This document shows, one piece after another, positions 60,501 to 64,000 of a DNA stretch of 64,000 nucleotides. Made by a program: the position numbers and the translations under genes. Origin of the DNA: Azolla caroliniana (Eukaryota > Plantae > Polypodiophyta). How positions within the stretch are numbered: position 1 is the first letter of the stretch; each line of letters starts with the position of its first letter. The notes beneath the pieces are model-generated. The model ran no database searches. It saw only the letters and a list, made by a program, of their open reading frames with translations, and was not told the DNA's origin. The stretch covers positions 2,976,001-3,040,000 of the forward strand of contig JBHGNT010000014.1 in NCBI GenBank assembly GCA_043228905.1. Reading direction: 5' to 3'.

Positions 60501-62335
60501 ATGTCTCAATTCTCTTGAGTGACACTAGAAGGTGTCGCTGATACTGCAAATAAGAAAAGGTCCTCCTTGCCTCCCACTTGGCACAATTGTTGCAATGTGA
60601 TGGCGGAAATTTGATGAGAAGGATATGGTGCATCGGTAGAACTATATACTTTAGGAGGATAATCCCGAGTTCGATCCTTGACAATGATATTTTCTACTAA
60701 AGGGCACCTAATTTCTCGCTTCCTCCAAACGATTCTAGGGTTATGTAGCTCGAACCATGGCAAACCGAGGACAATTGGATGCTCAGAACTACGGATTATG
60801 TTAAAGGAAACTACACATCCTAAATCACCCAAGAGTATGTGTATTGGCTCAGACTCTTCAAATATCTTCCCGGAAGCTATGGGGCGTCCATCAATCACTA
60901 CTACGGAAACTAGACAAGGAAGTTTATGCAAGGATATTTGGTGTTTTTGGGCAAAATTTCTATCCATGAAACAAGATTTGGCTCCAGTATCTAAGAGGGC
61001 TTGGACTTGAAGTTGACAACTGGGTGTCCTAACTTGTACTAGGGCTGAGAAGACTCTACTAACATGCTTGGAAGAAATGGAACCCACACTAGGTTGTACA
61101 TATCTAGGGTTGTCCAACCAAATGGCTCCTATTTTGGCCGGACTTATTCGTTTGACTCCTCTTCTAATTTGCTTAGGACTTCAAATTTATTGGACAAGGG
61201 TGGATTATTCATAATATTAGATTCACTAACTGCTTCTAAAATGTTGGACTCATTTTTATTGTCATAGTGAATTTGATTTACCTGACGTCTCGGCCTACGG
61301 GAGCAATGAATGGCTATATGCCCTGGACCTCCGCAATATAAGCATAGATGGTTTGCTCGACGATGTTGCTTCTCTTCGTCTGACAATGGTCCTCGTCGTT
61401 GAGTCATATCGATCTCCATGGGTGCAGGACTATCCATTGGGACTGGATTACGTGTTTACCTTGGAGTTGGAGCAGGGCTATACATTTGCCTTGGGGACGA
61501 TTGCGCCGTTACTGATGCATAAGTTGGTGTGAATCTTGATCTTGTTATTTGTTGTTGTCACTCACATCGACGCTAAAAAAGGCGATTATCACACCGTATT
61601 GCTTGACTAATAGCTTTTGTAAGTGACCTTGGATCCTCGGGGAAGGTGAGAAGTAAGTCTTTGACATCACTACGAAGGCCTGAACGGAATTGCTCCATTA
61701 GGGCTTGTTCATCCCAAGGAATATCGCTTGCGATGAGACGGAAATTGGCAGCATATGTCGAAGCTGGTTGATCACCTTGACAAAGTGTACGAATCTTGTT
61801 GATAGTTGTTCTCGCCCCATCAGTATCTCCGAAACAAGCCTTAAATTCCTTGATAAATTCCTCGAAATTATTTAGTAGAGGAGAATTGGTCTCTAGCAAT
61901 GGAGCAAACCACAACAATGTTATGCCAGTCAATAAGGTGCCCACTAGCCCAACTCGTGATGCATCTGTTGGATAACGCGCGGGATGCATTTGAATCACCA
62001 ACCGTACTTGATTCAAGAAACCTCGGAAATGCGCCCTCGACCCATCAAATTTAGCTGGGAGGCTAATTTTGGGCTCCTTGATAAGTCACTGACTTTCAAC
62101 CCTTTGTTGTTGTAACACTACGATTGTGGACTCTAACTGTTGCACTCGTCGCGTGAACTCCTCTTGTTGTTGTTGCTCCTCTATAGTAACCTTTTGTAGA
62201 TCCCCAAGTAGACGTTGATTCTCTACTTCAAGAGATGCGAACTTGGATTTAAGGTTCTCCATTTCTGCAACAAGGGTGAGATATTCTTCTGAGTTAATGG
62301 AAGCCATGGTTTCAGGATAGTTACGAAGGAGGATA

Positions 62336-62366
<31 letters not shown>

Positions 62367-62796
62367 GAATCAAACTGTCAGAACCAAGGATAAAAGATAG
62401 AGTGATGGAAGAAGGATATTAGAGAACACGAGCAGAAAGGAACGAAATACTAAGAGAAGAATGGATGTATAAGATAGAGAAAGAAAGAGAATGGATACAA
62501 GATATGTAATGAGAGCTAAAGACTGGTGTTGATTCGAATTGATTTGAGAATACATGTATGCCCTTATTTATAGGTTCCTATAGAATAACTTAGAGATTTC
62601 TAGAATGTTCTAGACCTAGAATGCTCTAGGGCATTCTAGAATAATCTAGAGGTTTTACAATAATCAATGTAATACAAGAAGTAGCTTTTATTGTTTTATA
62701 TAACAATAAGCTATCTTAATGGTTGAGGTTTTCAAGTATGGATTACAAGGTTCGAGGTTCAAGTCCGGGTGACGCCATAATGGTCATGAACATACA
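57512..62796 (-). mobile_element. Tcn1-like chromovirus, structurally complete but degenerate
   Basis: LTRs 57512-57940 and 62376-62796, TSD ATAGA/GTAGA, PPT 57941-57953, gag CLYCGGPGHIAIHC, LLDTGA, YLDDLL, chromodomain EYEVAAILDS..YLVDWLGY..RTW; deletions in RT and IN. Confidence 0.93.
62362..62373 (-). promoter_or_regulatory. Self-priming site (Tf1-type) in place of a tRNA PBS
   Basis: Minus strand TTGATTCGAATT is perfectly complementary to LTR 62540-62529 (AATTCGAATCAA), which starts ~31 nt after TATAAATA. Confidence 0.8.
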
Positions 62797-64000
62797 GTAG
62801 ATGTAAAAAACCAAGACGAAGACCACTTGAGAATGCATGTTCAGAATCTCAAGAAAAAAATGAAAATATATCTGCATGCTATAGTTGTGCCTTTCATTGT
62901 GATGGTAGATCCTGAAGAATGTTCCACAACTGAGGACTTCGACGTGAGAAAGCATGATCAATACAATTACTTTGTAATTGGTGGATCACATTCGGTTGAA
63001 GCACGCCGGCAACTTGTTAGAGAGCACCCAACGACTTTCTTCTTCAAGTATGGCGAGTGCAAAATATACATGTGCCTCACAACTGAAGAGGCAAAGCTTT
63101 TGGCATGGGACCACAACAACGACAACGACTATAGGCAAAAAATGTCATCTATTGAATGGATAAGGTTCTTCCACCATGAATGCCTGGACGTCAAACAAAA
63201 GTTTGGTGTGAAGCTACACCCTGGCCTACGATGTCAATGCCTTCATGAGGTCGGCATTGTGGTGGATGATAATGTTAAGTCGAATGGTCTTCGGAAATAT
63301 GAGTCCTAGTTTCAACTTGCCTTTAGAGATAGAGAAGTATGGGACCTACAAGATCAAATCTTCTCAATGTGGGAAAATAAGGAGGTCAAGGGTCAACGAC
63401 AAAAGAAATGTAAGGTAGACCCTCAACTAGAATTAAAGTCACAAGCGGCCAAGAAAATTGATTTGACAATTGAAGAAGCGGCTAACGACATGAAGTTGTC
63501 TCTGTGGAGAGCGATGCAAGGTATTAAGGACGAGCAGCTTCTTGTGTCTGTTTTGTCAAGGATTGTGGCGAAAGATTTAGCCCTTGAAGAAATGGTCACT
63601 AAGTTCAATATTTCAAATAGTGATATTGAATTCAATATGGTGCAATTGAAAGTTCTAATCTCATTTTCTAATTTCACAGTCATAAGGTGTACATGAATAT
63701 CCAAGAAGTTATGATGAAACAACTTGGATGTATAACTTGGGAACAAGTGACCGAGGATTATCCTCTAACGTCTTCATATAAGGCGTTATCCGAGTATTTT
63801 ATTGCATTCAAGGATTGGGTTAGTATTGGTGTTTTTCATTAATTTTTCCTCATATGTAGAAGTTGTGTAATAATACTTGATGTCTTATTGCTTCTATTAG
63901 AAATCGTGTCGTGGAAATTAAACGAGAAGTTAAGGATATACACGATTTCCCGACATCCTTCCTTGCACATCTCGAGCGAGCCAGAAAAGAAAAGGATCGT

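Larger units (their letters stand above)
48532..64000 (+). pseudogene. Spliced gene with a ParB/Srx-like domain, interrupted by two gypsy insertions and running off the window
   Basis: Exon 48532-48566 splices in frame (AG|GTAAG ... AATAG|G) to 56699; frame is restored across 57512-62801; YFVIGGSHSVEARRQL...LTTEEAKLLAWDHN; nonsense codons at 56937 and 63307. Confidence 0.62.

Noticed and set aside
62797-62816. Host sequence TGTAAAAAACCAAG resembling the LTR start TGTCAAAACCAAG
   Set aside because: Short and A-rich; chance similarity cannot be excluded from a single site

Overview
Repeat-dense eukaryotic DNA with no clear host housekeeping gene. The TE lineages (iMet-primed copia, self-primed Tcn1-like chromovirus, Trp-primed gypsy) point to a land plant, probably non-seed; this is inference. 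The window is a nest of LTR retrotransposons: a near-intact copia (15856-21200), a near-intact Trp-primed gypsy (48888-56051) with a gag-only relative (1-3431), a Tcn1-like chromovirus (57512-62796), solo LTRs and fragments. These sit on decayed DNA-transposon-type genes: two DDD-type transposases, a NIF/FCP1-like gene and a ParB-like gene. Most notable observations: (1) an endonuclease-less Penelope-like retroelement with telomere-like CCCTAA repeats at its 5' end and a minimal hammerhead ribozyme in its 3' UTR, inserted into a transposase gene with a 37-bp target duplication; (2) tRNA-like Pol III A/B-box modules in LTRs of two distinct lineages; (3) a gypsy copy with two inverted U5 ends and a perfect TSD; (4) a circularly permuted 942-bp pol fragment; (5) CpG-centred 4-bp target sites for the Trp-primed lineage. 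All calls come from reading the sequence by eye; no database search was run.
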